A DNA stretch of 64,000 bases from Gracilinanus agilis (taxonomy: Eukaryota). The notes under the pieces are model-generated. The model ran no database searches and was not told where the DNA came from. It saw only the letters and a list, made by a program, of their open reading frames with translations. The stretch spans positions 196,930,859 through 196,994,858 of the forward strand of contig NC_058134.1 of NCBI RefSeq assembly GCF_016433145.1. Reading direction: 5' to 3'. Shown here piece after piece: positions 1 through 11,689 of this stretch. The translations under genes and the position numbers were made by a program. Each line of letters begins with the position of its first letter. The stretch's first letter is position 1.

Positions 1-211
1 TACTCTGTGGCCCTGTGAAGCCATTTTTTAATCATCATTATGAAGGGTGATGGAGGTTCATGCTTTAGGGATTTCTTGGCTCTAAAATAGGAAGAAATAG
101 TTGTTTCGATACCATATACGGGGCCTTAGTGTCTACAGGGTTAACTTCCTTTTCCCCTGAATGAAACTAGTCCTGAGAGGTGTTCCCACTGAACTTGAAT
201 GTCTGCCCTAG

Positions 212-3200
212 ACTCCGGGACCCCGCTTCCCAAGTTCGGAAAACAGCAGGGCTGGTAATGACACACCTAATCCTGAAGGACATGGTGAGGGTGAAGGGGC
301 AGGTGAGCGAGATGGCCGTGTTGCTTATTGACCCGGAGCCTGAAGTTGCTGCTCTAGCGAAGAACTTTTTCAATGAGCTGGCTGGCAAGGTGAGAGGGTG
401 AGCCCTCCCGGGNNNNNNNNNNNNNNNNNNNNNNNNNNNNNNNNNNNNNNNNNNNNNNNNNNNNNNNNNNNNNNNNNNNNNNNNNNNNNNNNNNNNNNNN
501 NNNNNNNNNNNNNNNNNNNNNNNNNNNNNNNNNNNNNNNNNNNNNNNNNNNNNNNNNNNNNNNNNNNNNNNNNNNNNNNNNNNNNNNNNNNNNNNNNNNN
601 NNNNNNNNNNNNNNNNNNNNNNNNNNNNNNNNNNNNNNNNNNNNNNNNNNNNNNNNNNNNNNNNNNNNNNNNNNNNNNNNNNNNNNNNNNNNNNNNNNNN
701 NNNNNNNNNNNNNNNNNNNNNNNNNNNNNNNNNNNNNNNNNNNNNNNNNNNNNNNNNNNNNNNNNNNNNNNNNNNNNNNNNNNNNNNCCACCTAACTCTG
801 TCTGCCTCTGTTCCTCTCCCCAGGGGAACGTGGTCTACAATCTCCTTCCTGACATCATAAGCCGCCTATCTGACCCTGAAAATGGGGTAGAGGAAGAACC
901 TTTCCATACCATCATGAGGTGATGCCCTGGACCACAAAGCATCCCCTGAGCTTTCCCTGGGGCCTGGGGGTGGGGGGAACCCCACTAGGAATGTACAACC
1001 AGAGAAGGATAGAGGAGAAAGCTGATCTGTCTTCTAGTACTCCAAGGAATAGATGAAAGATGTTTGTCCTCCTTGGCCCAGGGGGCAGATTATTGGCTTG
1101 ATTTTAAAAGAAAATAACTTTCTAACAAGTAATAAAGGTTTCTAAAGACCTTCATAGAAATGCTAAGAGTAGGGGGAGATAGCTAAGTGGCTCCATGGAT
1201 TGAGAGCCAGGCCTAAAGGCAAGAAGTCCTGCATTCAAATCGGATCTCAGACACTTCCTGGTATGTGAGCCTGGGCAAGTCACTTAACCCCCATTGCCTA
1301 ATGCTCACTGCTTTTCTGTCTTGGAACTGATACTTAGTATTCTTAGACAGAAAGTCAAGGTTTTAAAAAGAAAAAGAAATGCTAGAGTAGCACTTGCCAG
1401 AGATGTTGCAGAGAATATCTTTTGCCTCTCTGACCTACAGACATCTATCCCTTTTTCTCCCTGGACCATGTGTCTCCTTCATGTCTTTCATTTCTAAATT
1501 GTTCCCTTGGTTTCTGTATCCTAGAGAGGCAAGGATATGACGTAAAGCTAAGAGAGGATAGGCCTCAGCCCTTGGGTCAGCCTGAGGGAGCCAGCCACAA
1601 CTCTTCTCTTTCCCATAGGCAACTTCTTTCCTACATCACCAAGGACAAACAGACAGAGAGTCTGGTGGAAAAGCTGTGCCAGAGGTTCAGAACAGCCCGG
1701 TATGCTGCCAGCAGGCTGGAGGGAACCCAGGAGGGAAAGACAGGTCCCACCCCCCCCACCTCCCCTCATCCTGACCCTGGAGCCTCCGTAGAGCTGTGGG
1801 TGACAGGCCCCTAAGGAGCATGGCACAAAGAAGGCTGGGTTTAACATGAGCTTCAGGCAAGGCTTTGTGACTGTGTGGTCTTTGCCAAGTTTATTTGACA
1901 TCTCTGGGCCTTTATCTGTAAGGGAGGGACTTGGATTCAGTGATCTCTTATGTCCCATTCCAGCTCTGGCTTTGAGATCCTAGAACAACAGAGGCACAAA
2001 GGAATGTATCCAGATCCTCATCATTTCTCAGACTCTTATAGTAACTTATAAATTAGGTTTTATCTGGGCAATGAGGTAGCTCAGTGGATAGAGAGCCAGG
2101 CCAGGAGTCAGAGTTCAAATCTGTCTTCAGATACTTTTTAGCTAGGTGACCCTGGACAAGTCACTTAACCCCCATTCATTTCTTCTGCCATGGAACCAGT
2201 ACTTAGTACTGACAAAAGGTAATGGTTTAATCAGTGATGGGCAAACTACAGCTCCAGGGCCATATGTGGCTCCCTGAAATGTTCTATCTGGCCCCTGGAG
2301 ACATTATTCCTAATCTGCAGAATACAATGAGTAGGATACAATAGGATGAAACTTTGGAAGAGTTGTCTTAGAAACAGACTGACAGATGAGCATTTCCTTT
2401 CCTTTGGTCCTCTTTAAAAAAGTTTGCCCGTCACTGGTTTAAACAAAGTTAGGCTCCATGTATTCCATCTACATCTATGTCTAGCCTCCTGACAGCTGCC
2501 AACGTAATATTTGTAAACACACATCTGACTATGTCGTTGCTCTACTCAGGAAGCCTCAATGTATTACAGTTGCCTTTAGATTAAAATACAAACCCATTTG
2601 GGCATCTAAAGACCTCAGTGTGACTGAAGCTTTTATTTCCAGGCTGGTTATACATTTCCCAGCCAGCCTGCATTCTGTTCCTCAGAGCTCATGATCCACA
2701 GCGCCCAGGTTGTCTCCTATGCCTACAACAAACTTTCTCTTTAGCTGAGGCTCTCAGAAACCCTAGTACCCCTCAAGGTTTGGCTCAAGCTATGCTTCCT
2801 CCAGGAGCTCTTTCCTGGATGCTGCTTCCCCCCACCATGTATATGCCTTGTATGCTTACTATGAACATTTCCCCTGTAGCCCTTATCTATGAGCATACAT
2901 ATGCCCAGGAGACTCGGATTCCTTGAGAGTAGCCGCTGTCTCACTGTGCCTGGCACACAGGAAACACTGAGTGGCAAATGCTTCTTAATTCATTGATTTG
3001 ATGCCTGGCTCTCTCTACTCCTCATCAATTCCTCTGTGTCCTCAGGACTGAGAGGCAGCACAGAGACCTGGCCTACTGTCTGTCACTGCTGCCTCTCACA
3101 GAGCGAGGCCTCCGTAAGATGCAGGACAACTTCGAATGCTTTGGAGACAAATTATCTGATGAGACCATCTTCAATGCCTTCCTGGCAGCTGTAGGCAAGC

Positions 3201-5938
3201 TTCGGCGCTGGGCTAAACCTGAGGGCAAGGTGAGTAGGGCCCAGGGCCAATAGATTTATCCCTTCTGCCCTCTGAGCAATGCTAGCACATTCCCAACTGA
3301 GCAAATCAAGCACTTTAGGACTTATTCCCAGACTTGATTATCCATCCAACAGGGCAATAACTGTTTCCGCCCCTTTCTTAATTCTTTCCATTTTTACTTC
3401 AGGCTCTGGTGGATGAATTTGAACAAAAGCTTCGCTCCTGTCACACCCGAGGACTAGATGCAACCCTGCAGCCTGAAAACGATCAAGGTGCTGCTCAGCC
3501 ATCCCAGCCAACGACTAGAGGACCCAGTAGTGGTGCGTGAGACAGCCCAGTGGCATAAATGAGAAAGGCTAGAAATATAGGACAGATTCACAATTTGACA
3601 AAGCCTGTTGAGGAAAACTAGAAAAGCAGTGTAGCAGAAAACTATGTAGAAACTAGCAGCTGACAGCACATACCAAGATAATCTCCAAATGGGTACATGA
3701 CTTACACATTAGACCAGGGGTCGGCAACCTTTATGGCCGTGAGAGCCAAAATGTAATTTTGTGAGAGCTGTGCAGTGCTCACAGTGCTGCTCCTGTAATA
3801 GCGCCTGAAAAAAAATGGCCTTTATGGCTCCTGCAGAAAGAGCCATACATTGCTGACCCCTGCTCTAGAAGAAATCATCTTTCAGATCTATGGATGGGGA
3901 AGAGTTCAGAACTAAACAAGCAAAGAGATTCATAGAACATAACATGGAACATCTTGACTATGGTATGTTTCCACACTAACTGAAACAAACTGAGCTCCAT
4001 TTGAAAATTAAAACAGTTTTGCACACATAAAGCCAGGGTAGCTAAAATTAGAAGAGAAGCAGGTAACTGTGGAGGGAGGCTTTGTATCACATTTATCTGA
4101 TAATGGTCATAGGGAACTGAGTCAAATTTTCAAAAATAAGAGCTATTTCTCAATTATAAATAGTCAAAGGATAAAAACAGGCAGTTTTCAGAGGAAGAAA
4201 TCCAAGCTTTCAATAACTATGAAAAAAAATGCCAGTTAAAGCAACTTTGAGGTTTGGCCTCACCCCTATCAAATTGCCAGTTGGCATAAAAGAGAAAACA
4301 CAAAAAATCCTTGAGTGGAGAAAACAGGTACATTTAATACACTGTGGCCCTATAAATTGACCCAAGGTTCTAGAAAGTAATTTGGAACCATGCCCAAAAA
4401 ATTACCCAACATGCATGCACCCATTGACCCACTAATACCACTACCAGGGCTATAAATCCTGAAGTGGTCTTAAAAAGAGGAAAAGATTCATATGTACAAA
4501 AATAATTATAGCAGCTCTTTGTGATGGCAAAGAACTGGAAGCAGGGTGCCCATCAGTTGAAGCCTGGTTGAACAGTTAGGACACATGAGTATGATGGAGT
4601 CCTGCTGTGCTGAAAGAAATGATGATGGGGGGCAGCTGGGTAGCTCAGTGGATTGCGTCTCTTGACCCCCATTGCCTACCCTTACCACTCTTCTGCCTTG
4701 GAGCCAATACATAGTATTGACTCCAAGAGGGAAGATAAGGGTTTTAAAAAAAAATAATTGATGATGGGGAATTCCTGGTTGCAGAGAAAACATGAAGGGG
4801 AAGACTTACTTGAACCAAGAGAATAATTTCTACAATCACATAATCTTGTAAAAGCAAACCACTCTGAAAGATTCAAGAACTTTGACCAATCCAGAGGACT
4901 AAAAATGTCCCTGACTTGGGGCAGCTGGGTAGCTCAGTGGATTGAGAGCCAGGCCTAGAGACTGGAGGTCCTAGGTTCAAATCCGGCCTCAGACACTTCC
5001 CAGCTGTGTGACCCTGGGTAAGTCACTTGACCCCCATTGCCTACCCTTACCACTCTTCCACCTATAAGTCAATACACAGAAGTTAAGGGTTTAAAATAAA
5101 AAAAAATAATAATTAAAAAAAATGTCCCTGACAGAGGTGATGGCCTCGGGGTTCAGATCAAGATGCATATTTTTGGGATGTGGCCAGTAGGAGAATCTGT
5201 TTGGTTTAACTATGCATGTTTGTTATGAGGGGTTTTGTTTTTTTTCCTTTAAAGGGGCATAGGATAGGAAGAAGAGACTTTCATTAATTTTTTTTTTAAT
5301 TTTTAAAAAGAATGTAGAAAGGGAAAGCCTTGTGACTGAACTGTGATACTCATCTGTCTTATTCCCTTCAGCTGCCTCAGACAATGACTTTGTTACACCT
5401 CCGCCCCGAGGGACTTCTAAACAGCGCCCAAACACCAGAAAGCAAGTTTCTAGAAAGACTACAATCGTCTTTTCCAGTGATGAATCCAGTAACGAAGGTG
5501 AATGTTCCAAATCCCTAAGGTAGTTCTTGGGCCAGGAGGGGAGTGCATGACTGCCCCAGGATTCTGGTGGCAGGGACTACAGAATCATAGATTGTTTAGA
5601 GAGCTGGAAGGGCCATTATGGGTTATCTGGTCCCACCTCTCATTGTATAGCTGAGGCCCATACATAGAGATAAAGTGAGGAGTCTGAGGCCACAGTTAAA
5701 ATTAGAACCTCAGCCTCCCGAATTCCACTTGGTGCTCCTTGTCAGTAGCCGTCTATTTTGGGCGGCCTATTTATTCTTTACATTCGTGCCTCAGCGCTCT
5801 CTCACCCTCCGTTCTTCAGAATGCTCGGCCGAGATGACAGAAGATGATGAGACCCCTAAGAAGACAACCCCTATCCGCCGAGCGTCTACCCGCAGCCAAA
5901 AGGCTTTAAGGCGCCTTCCGCCCATCCCTGTCGTGTAG
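212..5938 (+). CDS. NCAPD2: Condensin complex subunit 1 (CAP-D2), 3' part; gene begins upstream of window
   Basis: GT-AG exons 212-389, 824-918, 1619-1699, 3046-3229, 3403-3532, 5372-5497, 5820-5938 (TAG). Spliced peptide LRDPASQVRKTAGLVMTHLILKDMVRVKGQVSEMAVLLID...GNVVYNLLPDIISRLSDPE...QLLSYITKDKQTESLVEKLCQRF...ASDNDFVTP...AEMTEDDETPKKTTP matches the NCAPD2 C-terminus; phases consistent. Confidence 0.97.
413..787. other. Assembly gap (375 N) inside an NCAPD2 intron
   Basis: Run of N. The flanking exons join in frame, so no coding exon is needed in the gap. Confidence 0.99.
1173..1374 (+). mobile_element. tRNA-derived CORE-SINE (SINE-1_MD type)
   Basis: Degenerate A/B boxes, CORE, A tail; TSD agaaatgcta(a)gagtag 1156-1172 / 1375-1390. 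Confidence 0.85.
2066..2231 (+). mobile_element. CORE-SINE (SINE-1_MD type), tail interrupted by a MITE
   Basis: gtagctcagtggatagagagccagg...gttcaaat...gtcacttaacccc. Confidence 0.8.
2232..2436 (+). mobile_element. hAT-type MITE, family A
   Basis: 16-bp TIRs CAGTGATGGGCAAACT / AGTTTGCCCGTCACTG; near-TSD gtttaa(t)/gtttaaac; homologous to 42987-43190. Confidence 0.85.
3715..3862 (-). mobile_element. hAT-type MITE, family B (internally deleted copy)
   Basis: TIRs CAGGGGTCGGCAA / TTGCTGACCCCTG; flanks cattagac/ctctagaa; reverse-orientation homologue of 43467-43673. Confidence 0.85.
4627..4757 (+). mobile_element. CORE-SINE with internal deletion removing the B box
   Basis: SINE head joins the CORE via cgtctc; TSD tgatgatggg on both sides. 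Confidence 0.8.
4918..5117 (+). mobile_element. Young full-length CORE-SINE (short-tail subfamily)
   Basis: Intact A box TAGCTCAGTGG and B box GGTTCAAATCC; 15-bp TSD aaaaatgtccctgac. Confidence 0.92.
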
Positions 5939-6025
5939 GAAGAGAGGCTGATGGGAAGAATTGAGCCAAGTTTGTCTCTTCTTGTTTTGAAATATATGTG
6001 TTTCTCTGTGCCCTTATTTTTTATG

Positions 6026-6031
6026 AATAAA
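6026..6031 (+). terminator. NCAPD2 polyadenylation signal AATAAA
   Basis: First AATAAA, about 90 nt after the stop, followed by T-rich sequence. Confidence 0.75.
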
Positions 6032-6104
6032 AAAAATTTTATATACTTCCCAGGAATTTTTCCTTAACCAGCTTCCTTGGTCTAAATAGGAATCCTTCTT
6101 TTAT

Positions 6105-6608
6105 GATTATTTTTATTTAATTTTTAAATTGTTTTTTCCCCATGGTTACATGATCGTGTTGTCTCTCTTCCTCTTCTTTTCCTCCTCCCAGAGCTGACAA
6201 GCAGTTCCACTGTTATTCTTGTGTGATCACTCAAAACCTATTTCCATATTATTCGTTTCTATAATACAACAGTCTTTTAAAACCAAAACCCCACAACCAG
6301 TACCCATAAAAGCAGGTGATAAATATGTTTTCCTTCTGCATTTCTACCTCCCACAGTTCTTTCTCTCCACGTGGAAAGCATTCTTTGTCCCAAGTCCCTC
6401 GGGATTATCCTGGATTGTTGCATTGCTAGTAGCAGCAAAGTCTGTGGCATTTGATTGTCCCACAATGTTGCTGTTACTAGGTACACCGCTCTCCTGGTTC
6501 CGCTCATTTCACTCCATGTCCGCTCGTAGAGGCCTAAGCAGTTCATCGTTCCTTACAGCAGAATACTCTGCCATTGCCACCACATACCACAATTTGTGGA
6601 ATTGTCCT
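6105..6608 (-). mobile_element. L1 3' end, antisense
   Basis: Marsupial L1 3' UTR (ttttccccatggttacatgat...), poly-T at left. Confidence 0.75.
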
Positions 6609-7258
6609 TTTAGAAACTTTAGCCCCAGCTTGATTCTGGAAGCCATGGTTGGAGACAGGACTTGGGGAGGGAGCGGGGGGGCGCCTCTGGGGTCGGGGCA
6701 CAAATCACTGTCAGACTCTAGATAAGCATCCTGCTTCCCGTGGATCAGTTTTCCTCCTTTCAGCCCCCCCACCAGGGACAATAGGAGCTGCTCACACCTC
6801 TGAGAATGGCCAGCCTGGATCCAACAGTGCTCATGCCCAGAACCTGAGAGTCTTTTGTTTCTAGAGCAGTTCTTTGCCTTTGTTTCCCTCCCAGGGTTTG
6901 CTATGTAGCTCCTCAATTCATGGCTCACGGCCTCTGGTTACTAGAGATTGACTCCAGAGCTACATTTCATGCCATTTGCACATTACCCCATTGCTAATGA
7001 GTATCACATCCATGATATGTCAGGCCCCGCTGAGGCACTCGGCACACAAAGGCAAAATAACTCCATCCCTACTCTGGGAGCTTCTGTCTTTTCAGGGGAG
7101 ACAACAGGCAGCTATTTTAGATGTACAAATGGAAGTCCGTACACAAGTCAAGATAGGGATGACCCTAGCAATTGGGACTAAATAGAAAAGGCTTCCCATG
7201 AAAGAAAATTGCATAAATGTGTCTAGTTGTGTCTGACTCTATGTCCCCATTGGGGTTT

Positions 7259-8026
7259 GTTTGTTTTTTTTTTAATATTTTGTTGTTTAGAAAAATTTTC
7301 CATGGTTACATGATTCATGTTTTTACTTTCCCCTTTGTCCCCCCTCCCCTCCAGGCATTTCCACTGGTTTTAACATGTGTCATCCATTAAGACTTATTTA
7401 CATATTATATATAGTTAAATAGGTGTGGTCCTTTCAGGTCTATATCCCCAACCATGTCTGCATCAACCCGTGTGTTCAAGCAGTTGTTTTTCTTCTGTTT
7501 CCTCTCCTGTAGTCCTTCCTCTGAATGTGGGTAGCGTTCTTTACCATAAGTTCCTCAGAATTGTCCTGGGTCATTGCATTGCTACTGGTACAGAAGTCCA
7601 TTACATTCAATTTTACCACAGTATATCAGTCTCTGTGTACAATGTTCTTCTGGCTCTGCTCCTCTCGCTCTGCATCAGTTCCTGGAGGTCTTCCCAGTTC
7701 GCCTGGAACTCCTCCAGTTTATTATTCCTTTTAGCACAATAGTATTCCATCACCCGCATATACCACAGTTTGTTCAGCCATTCCCCAATTGAAGGACATA
7801 CCCTCATTTTCCAGTTTTTTGCCACCACAAAAAGCGCAGCTATAAATATTTTCGTACAAGTCTGTTTATGATCTCTTTGGGGTACAGACCCAGCAATGCT
7901 ATGGCTGGATCAAAGGGCAGGCAGTCTCTTAGAGCTCTTTGAGCATGATTCCAAATTGCCATCCAGAATGGTTGGATCAGTTCACAACTCCACCAGCAAT
8001 GCATTAATGTCCCCATTTTGCTACAT
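7259..8026 (-). mobile_element. 5'-truncated L1 inserted inside a MAR1-type SINE
   Basis: ORF2 C-terminal peptides VAKNWKMRVCPSIGEWLNKLWY and HCWWSCELIQPFW; poly-T at left; TSD cccattgggg(g)ttt. Host SINE pieces about 7219-7258 and 8027-8200. Confidence 0.85.
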
Positions 8027-8429
8027 CCCATTGGGGGTTTTCTTGTCAGAGATAGTGGAGTAGCTTGCCATTTCATTTTGCAGGTGAGAAAACAGGCCAA
8101 TGGTTATATAGCTAGTAAAAGTGTTTGAGGCCAAATTTGAACTCAGATCTTCCAGACTCCAGGGACTCCTAGGCTTGTATTTGCCATACCATCTTGCTGC
8201 ACACATTTTACCTTAAAGGAAAAGCATTATTCTCTGAGCAGAGCTAAAAAGGAAATGCATTCCAGACACTAGAGACAGGAAATGGAGTGCTTTGTAATAT
8301 AAGAGCATGGATCCAGAAAGGACCTTTTGGCCCCATTGTAGAGTGGGGGAAGGGAGAGTCTGGTAAAAAAGGTGAGGGCCTTCAAAGCAACCCCAAGGAA
8401 ATTATATTTTATTTGGGCATAAACAAACA

Positions 8430-9300
8430 CTTTCTAAAATCACTGGCAGCAGTGTAGAGAATGGATGGAAGTTAAGAGGGACTGGAGGCTGGGAGGCCAC
8501 TGCAATGAGAAGGGTGAGATGGGAAGACAGCAAGATTTTTTGGCAACAGATGGATTCGTGGGGTGAGGAGCTGAGATACCAAAGAGATTACAAACCTGGC
8601 AGACTAGAAGAATGGAGAGAATTTGCAAGATATGAAAAGAAAGATGAGTTTTGCTTTGGACACTGAATTTGAGGTGTCTGCGGGCCTATCAGTTTGAAAA
8701 TGGCCAAGAGGCAGGCGATTGGTATGGTGGGACTGAGAGCCATAGGAACTGGACAGGTACATCTGCAAATCTGCTAATCATTGAATCATTTGCATAGAGG
8801 GGATGATTAAGCCAGTGGAAGCTGAAGAGATCTGGGAGATGGTGGGGAAGGCAGAAAAGAGCCCAGAACAAAGCCTTGATGGCGGGAAGGGAGGATTCAG
8901 ACCCAGAGAGAACTGGCTAAGAATGGTTGGGAAAACAGATAGGACACCCTAGATAACAATGGCAAATGCAACAGTAAGGTCAGAGAAGACTGGCTGAGAA
9001 ATAACTGATTTGGCCAGTTGAGATCTGGAGAGAACAATTTGAAGGATAAAGTGAGAAACTATTTCAAAGGGCTGAGGAGAGAGAAGGAAAAGCAATGGGC
9101 ACAGATATTTTTCTAGGATTCTGGCTGGGAAAGGAAGGAAAGACATGGGGCTGGACATCTTCAGGAAAGGATGAAGCTTGAATGTGTGGAGGTTATTTTA
9201 AGATGGAGGCGTGGGGCACAGGAATGTCTGAAGAAAGGAGAGAGAGAAGGAAGCAGTAAACAGGGAGAAGGTAGCCTGAGTTACATGGAACCAAGATATT
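8430..9300 (-). mobile_element. Ancient LINE2 remnant (approximate bounds)
   Basis: L2-like phrases gatgagttttgctttggacactgaatttgaggtg, gagatctggagagaacaatttgaagg. Confidence 0.55.
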
Positions 9301-11258
9301 GGTTCTCCCTTGGCTATGAGCTGCCTTCTCTGACTGGAGTGGGAGTGGGATGATCCTGAAGCAGAGGGTCCTCTGCATTACCACCAGTGAGGAGAGATCT
9401 CCAAGCACATGGTGTTTTTTGTTTGTTTTTTGTTGTTGTTTTGGGGGTTTTTTGCTTGCATGGTAGGCTGCATGCCTGCATGCAGGAATACTCAGGTATC
9501 CCTCTTCCCCAGAGCTTGATTCTCCTACTTTCCCACAAGAGCAAAAGCAACAGACACTTTGCTCTTGGCACAGAGGCAGCCCACCCCCTTCTTTCTCAGT
9601 CTGATGCCTCATTAAGTCCATGAGCTGACTGCCAAGCAAGAAGACAGGACGCCAGGCCCAGGAGCTACTGAAGATGGGGACAGTCTTAGGAGAGGGCCAG
9701 GCAGAATCAGTGAGGAGCACCACCACCCTTTCTTAACCTTTAAAGTAAAGGTTATCTCGAGCTAAATTTAGCCTCAGGAGGGGCAGGGGGCTGAGCTCAG
9801 ATTACCCTGAGCCAGCAAGGAGCCCCCACCCACGAACCTGCTGCTCTTGTCCCACCATTTCTTAATCCTCTCAGTTCAACAAGAGGATTCCATTCTCCGG
9901 GTGCCTTTAGCCACGTTCCCAGACGGCTTCACGTTTAGAATCAGAATTTAGAGTTTAAAGGGTATCATCTCGGCACTAGATTTTAAGGCGATGCCCACCC
10001 CCACGCCCATAGATGGGAAGGGAGGTGACCAGCTCCTTCATTCTTTACTGAAGCACCTAGCCCCTCCCTGTCGGTGCGCCTGAAACCCTCATTACAATCC
10101 AGAAACCAATCCCAGATCACAATCGCGACCCCTACGCTGAAGAAGGGGGCTTCCACCCCAATCGCCGGGCTCTCCACCGCGGCACCGAGAGAGCACAGGG
10201 GCGCCTCACACCCCATCTCCGTATGAAAGGGGCACTGTGTTCTCAGCCCGGAGGGGACACCTCCCAGCTCACCAGAAGCTCAATTCTCCTTCCTATGCCC
10301 TTCCTCCTCATCCCATCCGTAACCAGGGAGATATGCTCCCGCTCCCGAGCAGCGGGGGAGGAGGGGGGCAGGGAGATCTCCTCCCTGCCCCCCACCTCTT
10401 TCTCCTCCTCCTCCCTCCCCTCCTGCAGGATCCCAGTAAAGTAGCAAAGCCAGGATTGGGATCATTCCGGCCGGGGTGGGTTTAATCTGCCGAAATTATC
10501 TAGTCTTTCTCCAGGCTGCTTTTTTTTGTTCTAGAAGGAAGGAGTCTCAAGCGGCCTTGGGCTGGGCTGAACCTCTCCCGTCTCCCCCAGTTTGGTCCCC
10601 GCGAGGCCGAAGCCCGAGGCCAAAGGCCTTTTGTGATACAAATCTGGCCGGACAGCCTGAACCGTGGGGGAAGTGGGGGCTGGGGAGCCCCACCCCTGCC
10701 TTTTCCTCAGCTGTTACTTCGTCACTACCGTAAAGACTGGAGGAGAGGTACCTTTTCAGGTCTCCAGAGGTAGAGAAGTCCCAGGCTAGAGCCTTCCCTC
10801 CTCCAAGTGAGAAAAGAACGAAGAAAGCGGAGATGGAAGGCGGTTTACATAGTGTGGCCACGGACGGCCCTCATGCGTCCTGTGTTGGTCTCAGAGGCCT
10901 TGGAAATGGAAAAAGCCTTCAAGCTCATTTCGTGGGAACCCCTCATTTTCCAGAGGAGAAGCCTCACTTTCTAAGGTCACACAGTTGTGACTACCAGAGC
11001 CCACAAGCCCCTTCGAAACCCATCCTCCTCTCCAGCACCATGTGCGTGTGGCTACCGTAATTTCCCCGTCCCTCTTCCTCCCGCTCCCCAAGGCTTGCTC
11101 CCTCTTCATCCGTCTTAATCTCATCCGATCAAGCAGCAAGCCTTAGTCTTCTGGCTTCCCACCGATTTCTTTAATAATATCTCTTTATACAACCCCGGTA
11201 CTTGAAAAAAGAAATTCCCTTGCCATAACCATACCAAGTGAGGCAGTTATGGCTAGCC

Positions 11259-11345
11259 CCATTTTACAGATGAGGAAACTGAGGCCCGAAGAACTTAACC
11301 GACATGCCCAAGGTCACAGGGCTGTGGTAGGATTTGAATTCGGGT
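11259..11345 (-). mobile_element. MIR/CORE fragment
   Basis: cccattttacagatgaggaaactgaggc...cccaaggtcacag. Confidence 0.75.
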
Positions 11346-11689
11346 GTTTCACAAAACGGAAACTGGCCTTGCCTTCTAAGAACTGACTTACTCAAGGAGA
11401 CAATATATAAGCAAACGTGTACAGACACAAGGTAACCTTGGTGGGAAGGGCAGTAGCCGTTGGGTGTCCAAGGAAAGACTAAGCACAGAAGGTGGCGCTT
11501 TGGGGAATGCCAAGAGGTGGAGGTGAAGAAGGAAAGTACTCCGTGCTGGGGAGACGCCTGTGCATCTGGAGACAAGAACCCGAGCGTCCCGTGCGACGGT
11601 GTGGCCAGTTTGTGGCCAGAGATCTAGTTACAACGACCAGTTCTGGCATTTACAGCCTCAAATTCATGCCACTTCCATACAAGCAGGCT

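Larger units (their letters stand above)
4090..5330 (+). mobile_element. Degraded L1 3' fragment (ORF2 end and 3' UTR) carrying two SINE insertions
   Basis: L1 ORF2-end phrases (caaaggat...aggcagttttcagaggaagaaatccaagc, gcagctctttgtgatggcaaagaactggaa). Confidence 0.7.

Noticed and set aside
354-922. ORFs spanning the N run
   Set aside because: Artefacts of the assembly gap.
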